DNA of 64,000 nucleotides from Candidatus Aenigmatarchaeota archaeon (GCA_015522145.1 WAMV01000007.1:15470-79469); one strand, 5' to 3'. Shown: positions 19,613 to 29,905, counted from the stretch's first letter. A program made the numbers and translations. Notes: generated by a model from the sequence alone, not told the origin.

Positions 19613-20683
19613 ATGAAAAAATCAGGCATCTGTGATTTGCCTTTACATTACGGAAGAGCTCCGGCTTGGCTCTTCAAAAAAATGAAAATCTTGGCTAGAG
19701 AAATTTCCCAAATAATTATAGCTGAATATGGAACCAAGGAATTTTTGAAAAGAATTTCTAACCTTTATTTCTTTCAGTCTTTTGGTTGTGTGATTGGATT
19801 TGACTGGCATAGCTCCGGTCTAACAACAACGGTTTGTGGAGCTTTGAAAGAAAGCAAGTTAGAGGAGTTAGGAATATTTATTACTGGAGGGAAAGGCAGA
19901 ACAAGTACTAAGACACCTGAGGAAATTGTTAAAATAGGACACAAATTTGGAATAAATGATAAAAAAATAGAAAAAATGGTCTATGCGAGCAAAATTACAG
20001 CAAAAATTGATAATAGCGTACTGCAAGATAATTATACTTTATATCACCATACCTTTATTTTCGATGAAAACGGAAATTGGGCTGTTATTCAGCAGGGAAT
20101 GAATGAAAATTCTGGATTTGCCAGAAGATATCACTGGCTATCCTTTAACCTAAAAAATTTTGTAATGGAACCTCATGAAGCAATATGTGCAGAAAAAACT
20201 GAACCCAAAGTTTTAAATTTGGTGTCTAGAAAGAGCAAAGAAACTCAAAACTGCATAGTTGATTTAATAAATGAAAAGAACCTTGGTAAATGGTTGGCAC
20301 CTAAAAACTCACTAATAAAGTACTTAAGAATGCCTGCTAAGCACGAAATAGACAAATTTGTTTATCAAAAAATTTTAGAGCTTCAAAACTTCTCTCCTAG
20401 TAATTTTGAAGAGCTTATTGGCATAAGGGGGGTTGGAGCCAAAACAATAAGAGCCTTAGCTTTAATAAGCAAACTGGTTTATGGTAGTGAGATTGACTGG
20501 AAAGATCCTGCTAAATATTCTTTTGCCCATGGTGGTAAAGATGGTATACCATATCCTGTCGATATCAAAAATTATGAAAAAACCATAAAGTTTTTGGAAG
20601 ACATTGTTCAAGATTCTAGCATAAACAGAAAGGAAAAGCAAGAGGCTTTGAAAAGACTTTATACTAAAACTAAGTTTATATAA
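19613..20683 (+). CDS. DUF763 family protein
   Basis: LPLH, DWHSSGLTT, QQGMN, ARRYHW and FAHGGKDGIPYPVD motifs. Confidence 0.88.
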   Translation: MKKSGICDLPLHYGRAPAWLFKKMKILAREISQIIIAEYGTKEFLKRISNLYFFQSFGCVIGFDWHSSGLTTTVCGALKESKLEELGIFITGGKGRTSTKTPEEIVKIGHKFGINDKKIEKMVYASKITAKIDNSVLQDNYTLYHHTFIFDENGNWAVIQQGMNENSGFARRYHWLSFNLKNFVMEPHEAICAEKTEPKVLNLVSRKSKETQNCIVDLINEKNLGKWLAPKNSLIKYLRMPAKHEIDKFVYQKILELQNFSPSNFEELIGIRGVGAKTIRALALISKLVYGSEIDWKDPAKYSFAHGGKDGIPYPVDIKNYEKTIKFLEDIVQDSSINRKEKQEALKRLYTKTKFI

Positions 20684-20704
20684 GTAACCTGCAAATTTAA
20701 TTCT

Positions 20705-21136
20705 ATGACAAATTTAAGGTTGCAAAAAAGGTTAGCAGCACAAATACTCAAAGTGGGAGTAAGCAAAGTTTGGATAGACCCAACTAAAATTGAAGAAGTA
20801 AAAGAAGCTATTACTAAAAATGATGTCAGAAGGTTGATAGAAAAGGGTTATATCAAGAAATTGCCAGATAAACCAAAAATGCCTAAGAAAAGGAGGAAGA
20901 GAAGGGGTCCGGGGAGCAAAAAAGGAGCAAAACATTCTATTGTTGATAAGAAAAGAAGGTGGATAAACACTGTAAGACCATTACGCAAGCTTGCTAAACA
21001 GCTTAAAGAAGAAGGTAAGATTGATCAAAAAACTTTTAAGCAATTGTATAGATGGATAAAGGGTAATATGTTTAGGAGCAGAAGACACATGCTACTTTTC
21101 TTAAAGCAAAGAAAGCTTATTAAGGAAGAGAAATAG
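20705..21136 (+). CDS. rpl19e: 50S ribosomal protein eL19
   Basis: QKRLAA, VWIDP and GPGSKKG motifs. Confidence 0.96.
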   Translation: MTNLRLQKRLAAQILKVGVSKVWIDPTKIEEVKEAITKNDVRRLIEKGYIKKLPDKPKMPKKRRKRRGPGSKKGAKHSIVDKKRRWINTVRPLRKLAKQLKEEGKIDQKTFKQLYRWIKGNMFRSRRHMLLFLKQRKLIKEEK

Positions 21137-21180
21137 TTTTGTTTTTATAATAATTTAGGAAAAAATTTAAGTGTGATAGC

Positions 21181-21708
21181 ATGCCAAAATTGAGCCCTAC
21201 CTATAAAATGCCTTTCAGAAGGAGGAGAGAAGGAAAAACTAACTATAGGAAAAGATTAAAGCTATTGCTGTCTGGCAAGCCTAGGCTTGTTGTTAGAAAA
21301 AGTAATCGTTACCTTATAGCTCAAGTAGTTACATACAATCCGAAAGGTGATGTTACAGTAGCTAGCGTTAACAGCAAATTTTTAAAGAAACTTGGCTGGG
21401 AATATTCTTGCAAAAATACGCCCGCTGCCTACTTAACTGGACTGATGATAGGTAAAAAAGCTTTGGAAAAGGGTGTAAAAGAAGCTATTTTGGATATGGG
21501 TCTTTATCCTTCTACCAGGGGCAATAGAATTTATGCTTTAGTTAAGGGTGCCATAGATGCTGGAATGCAAATTCCTGTTAGCGGGGAAATGTTCCCTAAT
21601 GAAGAAAGAATAAAAGGTTTGCACATAGAAGCTTACTTAGAAAAGGCTAAAGGAATGTCAAAAAAATTTGAAGAGATAAAGAAAATTATATTGGGTGATG
21701 CTCAATGA
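21181..21708 (+). CDS. rpl18: 50S ribosomal protein uL18
   Basis: RRRREGKTNY and NTPAAYLTG motifs. Confidence 0.96.
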   Translation: MPKLSPTYKMPFRRRREGKTNYRKRLKLLLSGKPRLVVRKSNRYLIAQVVTYNPKGDVTVASVNSKFLKKLGWEYSCKNTPAAYLTGLMIGKKALEKGVKEAILDMGLYPSTRGNRIYALVKGAIDAGMQIPVSGEMFPNEERIKGLHIEAYLEKAKGMSKKFEEIKKIILGDAQ

Positions 21709-22421
21709 CAGAAGAAAACAAGCAAGAACAGGAAGAAAAACCTGAACAAATGAAAATTGAAGAAGAAAATCCTCTAGAGAAATGGGAGCCAAAAACAAAA
21801 TTAGGTAAAATGGTTAAAGAAGGTAAGATTAAAAACTTGGATGAAATTCTTGAAAGAGGCTGGAAGATAAGAGAACCTGAAATTGTTGATTGGCTTGAAC
21901 CTAATATGAAAAGTGAGCTTATCTTAATTGGAGGAAGAACTGGAAAGGGTGGAGGTCAGCAAAGAATACCTATCAGAATAACAGCTGTTGTTAAAAAATC
22001 CGGAAAAAGGTTCAGGATGAGCGCAATGGCCGTTGTGGGTAATGAGAAAGGTATAGTTGGTGTAGGATTTGGTAAAGCTAAAGAAGCAAGATTAGCTGTA
22101 GAAAAAGCTATAAGAAAAGCTAAACTCAACTTGATAAAAGTTAAGATGGGTTGTGGAAGCTGGGAATGTAATTGTGGAGAGCCTCATTCCATACCTTATA
22201 AATCAGAAGGCAAGAGTGGTTCTGTAAGAGCTATAATTATGCCCGCTCCTAAGGGCGTGGGTTTGGTAGTGGATGACGAAACAAAGAAGCTAATGAGATT
22301 AGCTGGCATAAAGGACATATGGTCAAAAACGTTTGGTTCAACAACAACAAGGTTTAACTTGATTAAAGCTTATTTCAATGCTCTAAAGAATTTGCATGCT
22401 TATCAAAGGGGTAAGAAATGA
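21705..22421 (+). CDS. rps5: 30S ribosomal protein uS5
   Basis: WEPKTKLG, GCGSWEC and PAPKGVGL motifs. Confidence 0.97.
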   Translation: MTEENKQEQEEKPEQMKIEEENPLEKWEPKTKLGKMVKEGKIKNLDEILERGWKIREPEIVDWLEPNMKSELILIGGRTGKGGGQQRIPIRITAVVKKSGKRFRMSAMAVVGNEKGIVGVGFGKAKEARLAVEKAIRKAKLNLIKVKMGCGSWECNCGEPHSIPYKSEGKSGSVRAIIMPAPKGVGLVVDDETKKLMRLAGIKDIWSKTFGSTTTRFNLIKAYFNALKNLHAYQRGKK

Positions 22422-22873
22422 TAGCAGTCATAAGAATTAGGGGTAGGGTGGGAGTAAGGAGAGACATAGAAGATACTCTAAAGCTTTTAAGATTGAAAAG
22501 AGTTAACCATTGTGTCGTTGTGCCAGAAACACCTTCTTATCTAGGTATGATAAAAAAAGTCAAAGACTATGTTGCTTATGGAAAGATAAATTTTGAAACT
22601 TTTTTGGAATTGCTAAAGTGGCGCGGAAGGCTAGAAGGAGATAAAAGACTTACAGCAGAAGAAGTCAAAAAATTGGGTTTTGATAGCATAGAAGATCTTG
22701 CAAGAAAACTTTACAATGGGGAAATAAAGTTTAAAGATGTACCAAAACTTAAGCCTGTATTCAGATTAAGACCCCCAAAAGGCGGTCATAAATCCATAAA
22801 AGAACACTACCCTAGAGGTTCTTTAGGGAATTGGGGAGAAGATATAAACAAATTGCTTGAAAAAATGATTTAA
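22418..22873 (+). CDS. rpl30: 50S ribosomal protein uL30 (archaeal long form)
   Basis: AVIRIRG and FRLRPPKGG motifs. Confidence 0.96.
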   Translation: MIAVIRIRGRVGVRRDIEDTLKLLRLKRVNHCVVVPETPSYLGMIKKVKDYVAYGKINFETFLELLKWRGRLEGDKRLTAEEVKKLGFDSIEDLARKLYNGEIKFKDVPKLKPVFRLRPPKGGHKSIKEHYPRGSLGNWGEDINKLLEKMI

Positions 22874-22882
22874 GGTGAAAAT

Positions 22883-23311
22883 ATGGTTGTTAGGAGAAGA
22901 AAAAAGGTAAGGAAGCAAAGAGGCTCCAGAACTTATGGTTGGGGAAGTCAAAAAAAGCACAGAGGTAAAGGTAGCAAGGGGGGTAAAGGCAAAGCTGGAA
23001 TGCACAAACATAAATGGACTTACACAGTAAAATATGAACCAGAGCATTTTGGAAAAAGAGGTTTTAAAAGGCCTATAAAAAACGTTGTTAAAGCTATAAA
23101 TTTGGGTGAGATAGAAAAATTAGTTTCTAAAAATCCCGATGTTGTGAAAAAGGAAAATGGTTCGCAAATAATAGATTTAACAAAACTTGGTTATGAAAAA
23201 GTTTTGGGGAAAGGTAAAATTAGCAAGCCATACGTTATTATAGCAAAGAAGTTTAGTGAAAAAGCAAAGCAAAAAATAGAGGTTGTTGGCGGTAAGGTAA
23301 TAGAATCATGA
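22883..23311 (+). CDS. rpl15: 50S ribosomal protein uL15
   Basis: RGSRTYG, GKRGF and KVLGKG motifs. Confidence 0.96.
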   Translation: MVVRRRKKVRKQRGSRTYGWGSQKKHRGKGSKGGKGKAGMHKHKWTYTVKYEPEHFGKRGFKRPIKNVVKAINLGEIEKLVSKNPDVVKKENGSQIIDLTKLGYEKVLGKGKISKPYVIIAKKFSEKAKQKIEVVGGKVIES

Positions 23312-24741
23312 AAGAAAACAATGAAAAATCACTGATAGAGAAAATAATCAAATATTTGCCTACTGTTGAAACTCCAAAATACCAAATTTCCACTAAGGAA
23401 AAAATAAAATGGACTGCATTGGTTTTGGGAATATACTTCTTACTTTCCTACACGACCCTTTTTGGTATAGAGCCAAGGGCTTATGAGCAATTCAGATTTT
23501 TTGAAATTGTGTTAGGTTCCAGATTTGGAACTTTAACTACTTTAGGTATCGCACCAATAGTCACTGCAGGTATAATAATGCAATTGCTTGTTGGATCAAA
23601 AATAATAAATTGGGATTTAACAGAGCCTGAAAATAGAAAAAAATTTCAAGCTTGGAATAAATTCTTAGCAATAGTTTTTGCGTTTTTAGAAGGCTTTGTT
23701 TATGTTATTAGCAATACAGTCCCAGCTAGCTCAGCAGCTCTAGTGCCTATAGTGGCTTTACAACTTGCTGCAGGGGCAATCATAATAATACTTCTAGACG
23801 AAATTGTTAGTAAATACGGTATTGGATCTGGTGTGAGTCTATTCATAGCAGCTGGTGTTGCAAGCCAAATTGTTATCAGAATGTTCTCACCATTTCCTTC
23901 AACTTGTACGGTACCAAGCTTGGAGTTATGCATTCCTACTTTAGCTAATCCACCAACAGGATTGTTCTGGGAAGTTATTATTGGATTGTTAACTTCCAAC
24001 TTAAGTCTTGTTATAACCACATTAATACCAATAATTTCTACAATAGTTGTTTTTGCTGTAGTAGCTTATACACAATCTATAAGGGTTGAAATACCTCTTG
24101 AGTTTGGAGCTGCTCGAGGCTTTGGAAGAGTATGGCCTTTAAATTTGTTCTATACAAGCAACATCCCAGTTATATTGGCAGCAGCCCTAATAGCTAACCT
24201 ACAATTGTTTGGCCGTGTTGGATTGGTAGAAACTGAACCTGGTGTGTTCTGTAACTTGCTTGGTTGCTACGATGCTGCTGGCAATGCAATTAGTGGATTG
24301 GCATATTATCTAACCGTGCCTACTAACTTTTTAATTAACTTATTTTCCGGAATTGTTACTGTTAATGAGATAATTAGAGCAATTTTTTACCTTTTCTTCT
24401 TTACGGCTCTTTGTATCATATTCTCAATATTCTGGGTTAATACTAGTGGTATGGATGCCACTAGCGTAGCTGAGCAAATAGAAGCTATAGGCTTTCATAT
24501 ACCTGGCTTCAGATCCCACAGAAAAGTTATAGAAAATATGTTAAACAAATATATACCTGCATTAACCTTTTTAGGTGGTTTGTTGGTTGGCTTGCTTGCT
24601 GTATTTGCTGACTTTACTGGAGCAATAGGCACGGGCACGGGAATACTTTTAACTGTTATGATACTCTATAATTTTTATGAAGTGCTTAAACAAGAACCTG
24701 AAGATCAGCTGCCCACATGGTTAAAAAAGGTGATGTATTAA
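23308..24741 (+). CDS. secY: preprotein translocase subunit SecY
   Basis: LGIAPIV, GIGSGVSLFIA, FYTSNIP and GTGILL motifs. Confidence 0.97.
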   Translation: MKENNEKSLIEKIIKYLPTVETPKYQISTKEKIKWTALVLGIYFLLSYTTLFGIEPRAYEQFRFFEIVLGSRFGTLTTLGIAPIVTAGIIMQLLVGSKIINWDLTEPENRKKFQAWNKFLAIVFAFLEGFVYVISNTVPASSAALVPIVALQLAAGAIIIILLDEIVSKYGIGSGVSLFIAAGVASQIVIRMFSPFPSTCTVPSLELCIPTLANPPTGLFWEVIIGLLTSNLSLVITTLIPIISTIVVFAVVAYTQSIRVEIPLEFGAARGFGRVWPLNLFYTSNIPVILAAALIANLQLFGRVGLVETEPGVFCNLLGCYDAAGNAISGLAYYLTVPTNFLINLFSGIVTVNEIIRAIFYLFFFTALCIIFSIFWVNTSGMDATSVAEQIEAIGFHIPGFRSHRKVIENMLNKYIPALTFLGGLLVGLLAVFADFTGAIGTGTGILLTVMILYNFYEVLKQEPEDQLPTWLKKVMY

Positions 24742-25229
24742 TGGCTCTACCAATAACAGCAATGGTTGGAAAGGCTATGGACAGCGTACTTTATCCTTTG
24801 GCAAGCTTCAATCCAGTCCTTTCTTTAACTATAAGCTCATTGATTATGACTACGTTGCTTTTATCTTTATATCAGTACTTTTACAGGAAGAACAACTTAA
24901 AGGAGCTAAGGCAAAAATTAGAGTTCCTAAAAGAAGAGTTAATTAAAGTTCAAGTAAACAAGAGAAAAGAAGAAATGGAAAAAACGCTGAATGAGTACAT
25001 ACAGCTAAATAACAAGTTCATTAAATTCACTCTCCAAATAATGGTTATAAGCATAATAGTGGGCTTGCTTTTCTTTTCCTGGATGGAATTTAGATTTGAA
25101 AAAACAGCAAAGGTTATTTTACCTGTAAAACTGCCTATAGTAGGAAACCAATTAAATTGGTTTGGTTGGTATCTAATATTATCATTTACTATAGCTTGGG
25201 TAATCAGGAGGTTACTAGAATGGGAGTAA
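24741..25229 (+). CDS. DUF106 / EMC3-TMCO1 (Oxa1 superfamily) membrane protein
   Basis: TM, coiled coil, TM...W-x-x-WY; canonical position after secY. Confidence 0.8.
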   Translation: MALPITAMVGKAMDSVLYPLASFNPVLSLTISSLIMTTLLLSLYQYFYRKNNLKELRQKLEFLKEELIKVQVNKRKEEMEKTLNEYIQLNNKFIKFTLQIMVISIIVGLLFFSWMEFRFEKTAKVILPVKLPIVGNQLNWFGWYLILSFTIAWVIRRLLEWE

Positions 25230-25456
25230 GAAAAAAAAGAGTAAGAACAGCAACTAAAGTAGTAATAAGAAAAGTCAAGAAAAAACCTAAAATTGCTAAG
25301 TGTGCAGTATGTAAAAAGCCGTTGCATGGAGTACCAAGAGAAATACCTTCCCGTATGAGAAAACTGGCAAAAACTGAGAAAAGGCCAGAGAGACCTTTTG
25401 GTGGTTATTTATGTTCAGAATGCATGAGAGATTATTTTAGGAAGGTGATAGCATGA
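25220..25456 (+). CDS. rpl34e: 50S ribosomal protein eL34
   Basis: CAVC..PLHGVP and RPERPFGGYLC..C; GGAGG SD before ATG 25220. Confidence 0.95.
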   Translation: MGVRKKRVRTATKVVIRKVKKKPKIAKCAVCKKPLHGVPREIPSRMRKLAKTEKRPERPFGGYLCSECMRDYFRKVIA

Positions 25457-25749
25457 TAGAAGTAGGCAGGATTTGCTACAAAGTTGCTGGCAGAGAAGCT
25501 GGAAGGTATTGTGTCGTTGTAAAAGTAATTAACAGCAATTTTGTTTTAGTGACTGGTCCAAAAAACGTTACTGGAGTTAGGAGAAGAAAAGTTAATATAA
25601 TGCATATTGAGCCAACAAAACACAAGCTTGATATTAAAGAGAATGCTAGCGATGAAGAAGTAGCAAAAGCTTGGCAAAAATCAAAACTTTTAAGCAAACT
25701 AGGCATAAAAGTTGAAAAGAAAACTAAGAAAAAACAAAAGGAAGTTTAG
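25453..25749 (+). CDS. rpl14e: 50S ribosomal protein eL14
   Basis: GREAGR, VLVTGP and HIEP motifs. Confidence 0.95.
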   Translation: MIEVGRICYKVAGREAGRYCVVVKVINSNFVLVTGPKNVTGVRRRKVNIMHIEPTKHKLDIKENASDEEVAKAWQKSKLLSKLGIKVEKKTKKKQKEV

Positions 25750-26743
25750 CTCCGCAGGCTTTGCATTTATTCTTTTCTAAATTGACTATTCTTATGTTGT
25801 AAGCAAACCTCTCTATTAGCAAAGAGTTGCATTCATGACAATAGCTATTTTCTTTAAAACCTGGAACATTACCTATGTAAACATAATTTAAATGTTTTTT
25901 AGCTATGTTGTACAATTTTTCCAAAGTTTCTATAGGTGTTGGTGGTAAGTTTGATAATTTATAATGAGGAAAGAATCTTAGCAAGTGAAATGGGGTGTTT
26001 GGACTTAAATTGTCCGCTATCCATTTAACTAATCTTTCTAACTCTTTAGCATCATCTCCTATTTTTGGTATTACTAAATTCGTTATCTCTATGTGAATTT
26101 TCTTCTTCTTCATCTCAAGCAAAGTATCGAAAATTGGAGAAATTTCTGGCACTAACATGTGTTTAACATGCAATTCTTTATTGCCTGCTCCTTTGAAATC
26201 AACAGTGCACGCATGCAAATATTTAGCTATTTTGCCTAAAGCTTCTACTGTTATATAGCCATTCGTTACGAAAGTATTTTTCAAACCTTTTTTAACTGCT
26301 AACCTTGCTGTATCATACGCAAACTCAAAAAATATGGTTGGTTCTGTGTAAGTATAGCTTATAACTCTACATTCATGTTTTAAAGCCTGATCAACAATCT
26401 CTTTTGGGGTTTCATCTTGACCAACAACAACACCTAATTTCTTATCTCTAAAAATTTGACTTATTTCCCAATTTTGACAAAATGCACAAGCAAAATTACA
26501 ACCTGGACATGCTATAGAATAAGCAAATACACCAGGCAAAAAATGGAATAATGGTTTTTTCTCTATAGGATCTACATGCTCAGCAATAATTTTGCCGTAG
26601 TTCAAAGAGTATAGCTTGCCGTTAATGTTTTTTCTAACTAAACAAAAACCTAAGCCATTATTAGGTATTTTACATTTTCTATAGCAAAGATTACACTCCA
26701 CTAAATTTCCGTTAAGCTTTTTCCATAGCATTGCTTCTTTCAT
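25724..26743 (-). CDS. amrS: AmmeMemoRadiSam system radical SAM enzyme
   Basis: DPIEKKPLFHF, CNFACAFCQN (CxxxCxxC), YTYTEP and YVYIGNV motifs. Confidence 0.92.
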   Translation of the reverse strand: MKEAMLWKKLNGNLVECNLCYRKCKIPNNGLGFCLVRKNINGKLYSLNYGKIIAEHVDPIEKKPLFHFLPGVFAYSIACPGCNFACAFCQNWEISQIFRDKKLGVVVGQDETPKEIVDQALKHECRVISYTYTEPTIFFEFAYDTARLAVKKGLKNTFVTNGYITVEALGKIAKYLHACTVDFKGAGNKELHVKHMLVPEISPIFDTLLEMKKKKIHIEITNLVIPKIGDDAKELERLVKWIADNLSPNTPFHLLRFFPHYKLSNLPPTPIETLEKLYNIAKKHLNYVYIGNVPGFKENSYCHECNSLLIERFAYNIRIVNLEKNKCKACGAKLPFVFS

Positions 26744-26773
26744 GATTAAAAAATATTTAACGTAAATTAAATT

Positions 26774-27541
26774 ATGAAAAGAAAACCTTTTGTTGCTGGC
26801 TATTTTTATCCAGAAAATAAGAAAATACTTGAGAAAGTTGTGAAAGAGTTGTTAAAATCTCAGAAAAGAAAAGTTAAAGAAAGAGTTAAGGCTTTAATAG
26901 TACCTCATGCAGCTTACGAATACTCTGGCCAAGTAGCCGCTATGGGTTACAAACAAATAGAGAATCAAAGTTATGAAAAGGTTATAATAATGGCAACAAA
27001 TCACAGCTACACATTTCTAGAAGGAATTTCTATTGGGCTTTATGACTGTTATGAAACTCCTTTGGGTTGTGTTGATGTTCATAAAGATGCAAAAAAATTA
27101 AAGTTTAATTTTGTGGAAGATGTGCATACTACGCATGTTATAGAAGTTCAGCTTCCCTTCTTGCAAGTAATGTTAAAGAATTTTAAGATAGTTCCGTTGA
27201 TTTTTGGTAAGGTTGATTGGAATTATTTAAGAAATGTTGCAAACAAGCTATTAGAAATAATTGACGAGAAAACTCTTTTAATAGCTAGCTCTGACTTATC
27301 CCATTATTACGATTATAGTACTGCTAAAAGATTGGATGAAGAAACAATAAAATCTATAGTAGAAATGAACCTAAACGATTTAGCTACAAAAGAAGCTTGT
27401 TCTCTAGAGGCTTTGATTGTTTTGGTCATGATTGCTAAAAAGCTTAAATGGAAAGCAAAATTTTTGGGATACATGAATAGTGGAGATGTATCAGACAATA
27501 AATACAGTGTTGTTGGTTATGCTAGCATAGTTTTTTATTGA
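26774..27541 (+). CDS. amrB: AmmeMemoRadiSam protein B (MEMO1 family)
   Basis: AGYFYP, PHAAYEYSG, EVQLPF, SSDLSHY and VVGY motifs. Confidence 0.92.
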   Translation: MKRKPFVAGYFYPENKKILEKVVKELLKSQKRKVKERVKALIVPHAAYEYSGQVAAMGYKQIENQSYEKVIIMATNHSYTFLEGISIGLYDCYETPLGCVDVHKDAKKLKFNFVEDVHTTHVIEVQLPFLQVMLKNFKIVPLIFGKVDWNYLRNVANKLLEIIDEKTLLIASSDLSHYYDYSTAKRLDEETIKSIVEMNLNDLATKEACSLEALIVLVMIAKKLKWKAKFLGYMNSGDVSDNKYSVVGYASIVFY

Positions 27542-27562
27542 ATTCGTTAAGATATTCTTAAT

Positions 27563-27757
27563 ATGAAAACTTGGGTTGACAAAGAAAAATGTATAGGTTG
27601 TAGCTTATGCTCTGCTTTAGTGCCAGATGTTTTCGAGCTAGAGGAAGATGGAAAGGCAAGAGCCAAAGTTGAAAAAGTTCCAGAAAATTTAGAAAAATTG
27701 GTTGAGCAGGCTAAAGACATGTGCCCAGTTTTTGCAATAATTGTTGAAAAAGATTAA
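27563..27757 (+). CDS. monocluster ferredoxin
   Basis: CIGCSLC...CP motif. Confidence 0.9.
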   Translation: MKTWVDKEKCIGCSLCSALVPDVFELEEDGKARAKVEKVPENLEKLVEQAKDMCPVFAIIVEKD

Positions 27758-28908
27758 ACTATATGCCTGTACCATTTTCTCAAAAAGTAAGATAGTAATA
27801 AGGGTGATGTTATCGTTAATATTGTTATCGAGGAAATTATAGAGCTGAATAAAAGAGAATCAATAACATTATTTAAGTATAAAAATTGAGCCACAACTAT
27901 ACCTGTTGAAAACCTAACGGAGAGAGCAATTCCAAGCAAAATGGAATTTTTATAACCTAGCTCTTTTTTACTTCCTAAAATGCTTCCAGCTACTTTAGCA
28001 AAATAGCTGAGAAAAATTATAAGAAAAGTTAGCAATGGGTTTGCTATAACACTTGTTAAATTAACAGAATAGCCGACATCAAAAAAGAAAATGGGAGCTA
28101 GAAGGCCATAACCAACAAACTTTATCCCCTCTTCTATTACTTCGCTAGTTTTCTTACTCAAAAGATTTTTTAAAACTATGCCTGCCACAAAAGCAGAAAG
28201 TATTTCTGCAGAAGCCAAACTACCAAAGCTCATGAACACAAACAAAACAAATAAAGAAAAAAGGAACGCTTCTTCAATTTTCGGCACTTTAACAAGCCTC
28301 CTTTCTATGTTTTTGAATTTGATTAAAATTACGGAAAATGCTAAGATAGCTAATAAGGCTAGAGAAGCGTTGGCTAGAAACTCATAGCTCTGCCCAGCTA
28401 TTAAAATGGAAGCTAAAAGTATTGCGACAATCTCAAACAAATCGTCAAAAACGCCTATACCAATAATAGTGGTACCTAGCTTGCTTTTGAACAGTTTGAA
28501 CTCATCTAATATGGGCACCAAAACAGCTTCTCCAATTGTGGCTATGCTTAATGCTGTGATGAATGCTACAATTAGCGTATATCCAAAGCTTGATATTAGA
28601 AAAGTGCCTGCTAAAATATCTAGCAGGATTATAATGAATGTTGTGGCTATTATTGCTTTTCTTAATTTTTTGAATTTTTTCCAGTCAAACTCAAAACCTA
28701 TTAAAAAAAGTAAAAATATCATACCTAAGTTAGACAAAAATTGAAAATCGGGCGAGCTAGTAACCTGAGTTAAATCTACTGAAGTTATAGAAAAAAACAT
28801 TCCTAAAAACAAAGCCATAAAAAGCCAGGGTATTTTTATTTTTTCAATTTGTTTACCAAGAAAAAAAGTTACAGCATATATTATTGCTAGAAGGGCAAAA
28901 ATTTCCAT
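27754..28908 (-). CDS. cation:proton antiporter (CPA2/NapA-like)
   Basis: About 12 TM helices; LLFLIGFE, FDD and PIFF motifs. Confidence 0.88.
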   Translation of the reverse strand: MEIFALLAIIYAVTFFLGKQIEKIKIPWLFMALFLGMFFSITSVDLTQVTSSPDFQFLSNLGMIFLLFLIGFEFDWKKFKKLRKAIIATTFIIILLDILAGTFLISSFGYTLIVAFITALSIATIGEAVLVPILDEFKLFKSKLGTTIIGIGVFDDLFEIVAILLASILIAGQSYEFLANASLALLAILAFSVILIKFKNIERRLVKVPKIEEAFLFSLFVLFVFMSFGSLASAEILSAFVAGIVLKNLLSKKTSEVIEEGIKFVGYGLLAPIFFFDVGYSVNLTSVIANPLLTFLIIFLSYFAKVAGSILGSKKELGYKNSILLGIALSVRFSTGIVVAQFLYLNNVIDSLLFSSIISSITILTITSPLLLSYFLRKWYRHIV

Positions 28909-28948
28909 AATAATTTTTTAAGAGTTATGAAAATAAGCTTTTTATTAA

Positions 28949-29905
28949 ATGTGGTATATTAAGGCTAGAGAAGAAACTTTAGAAGAATTTGGAAAATCTC
29001 CTGAAGAAAGGAGTATAGGGGAGCTTATAGAATCTGCTGTAGTTATTGTTGATAAGCATGCAGGCCCCACAAGCCACCAAATAACGCAATGGACAAAAGA
29101 AATTTTTAACGCTAAAAAAGCTGGTCATGCTGGAACGCTGGACCCACAGGTAACAGGAGTTTTGCCTGTAGCTTTAAATGATGCAACAAAAGCTATGATA
29201 GTTTTGATGGGTCTGGATAAAGAGTATGTTGGAGTAATGCATCTACATAAAGAAGTTAGCGAAGGTGTTTTAAGGCAAGCCATGCAGAAATTTGTTGGAG
29301 AAATAATTCAAGTACCTCCAAAAAGGTCTGCTGTAGCAAGAAGACCTAGGAGAAAAAGAGTTTATGTATTTGATATAGTAGAAATGGAAGGAAAAGATGT
29401 TTTATTTTATGTTAAATGTGAAGCAGGCGTATATGTAAGGAAGTTAGTGCATGATTTGGGCCAAGCTCTAGGCATAGGTGCTCATATGACAGAGTTGAGA
29501 AGAACTAAAGCTGGTCATTTTGATGAAAAGCAAGCTAAGCCTTTAATCGAAATTAGAGATGCTTACGAAATTTGGAAAAGTGAAGGTGATGAAAGCATGT
29601 TAAAAGAAATTTTAATACCTATAGAGCATGCTATACCACATGTGAAAAAAGTGTTTGTTAAAGATACTGCTATAGCGCAAATATGTAATGGTGCCCCTGT
29701 TTACGCTAGTGGGCTCGTAAGAATACAAAAAGATATAAAGCCTGGTGAAATAGTCGGAATTTTTAGCTTAAAAAATGAATTGATTGCATTAGGCATAGCT
29801 AAAATGAGTGCAAAGGAAATGTACAATAAAAGTAGGGGAATTGCTGTAAGAACTGACAGGGTTATAATGAAAAAAGATGTTTACCCTGATTTCAGAAAAA
29901 AATAA
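28949..29905 (+). CDS. cbf5: H/ACA RNA-guided pseudouridine synthase Cbf5 (TruB family)
   Basis: GPTSHQ, GHAGTLDP and YVRKL motifs; C-terminal PUA domain. Confidence 0.96.
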   Translation: MWYIKAREETLEEFGKSPEERSIGELIESAVVIVDKHAGPTSHQITQWTKEIFNAKKAGHAGTLDPQVTGVLPVALNDATKAMIVLMGLDKEYVGVMHLHKEVSEGVLRQAMQKFVGEIIQVPPKRSAVARRPRRKRVYVFDIVEMEGKDVLFYVKCEAGVYVRKLVHDLGQALGIGAHMTELRRTKAGHFDEKQAKPLIEIRDAYEIWKSEGDESMLKEILIPIEHAIPHVKKVFVKDTAIAQICNGAPVYASGLVRIQKDIKPGEIVGIFSLKNELIALGIAKMSAKEMYNKSRGIAVRTDRVIMKKDVYPDFRKK

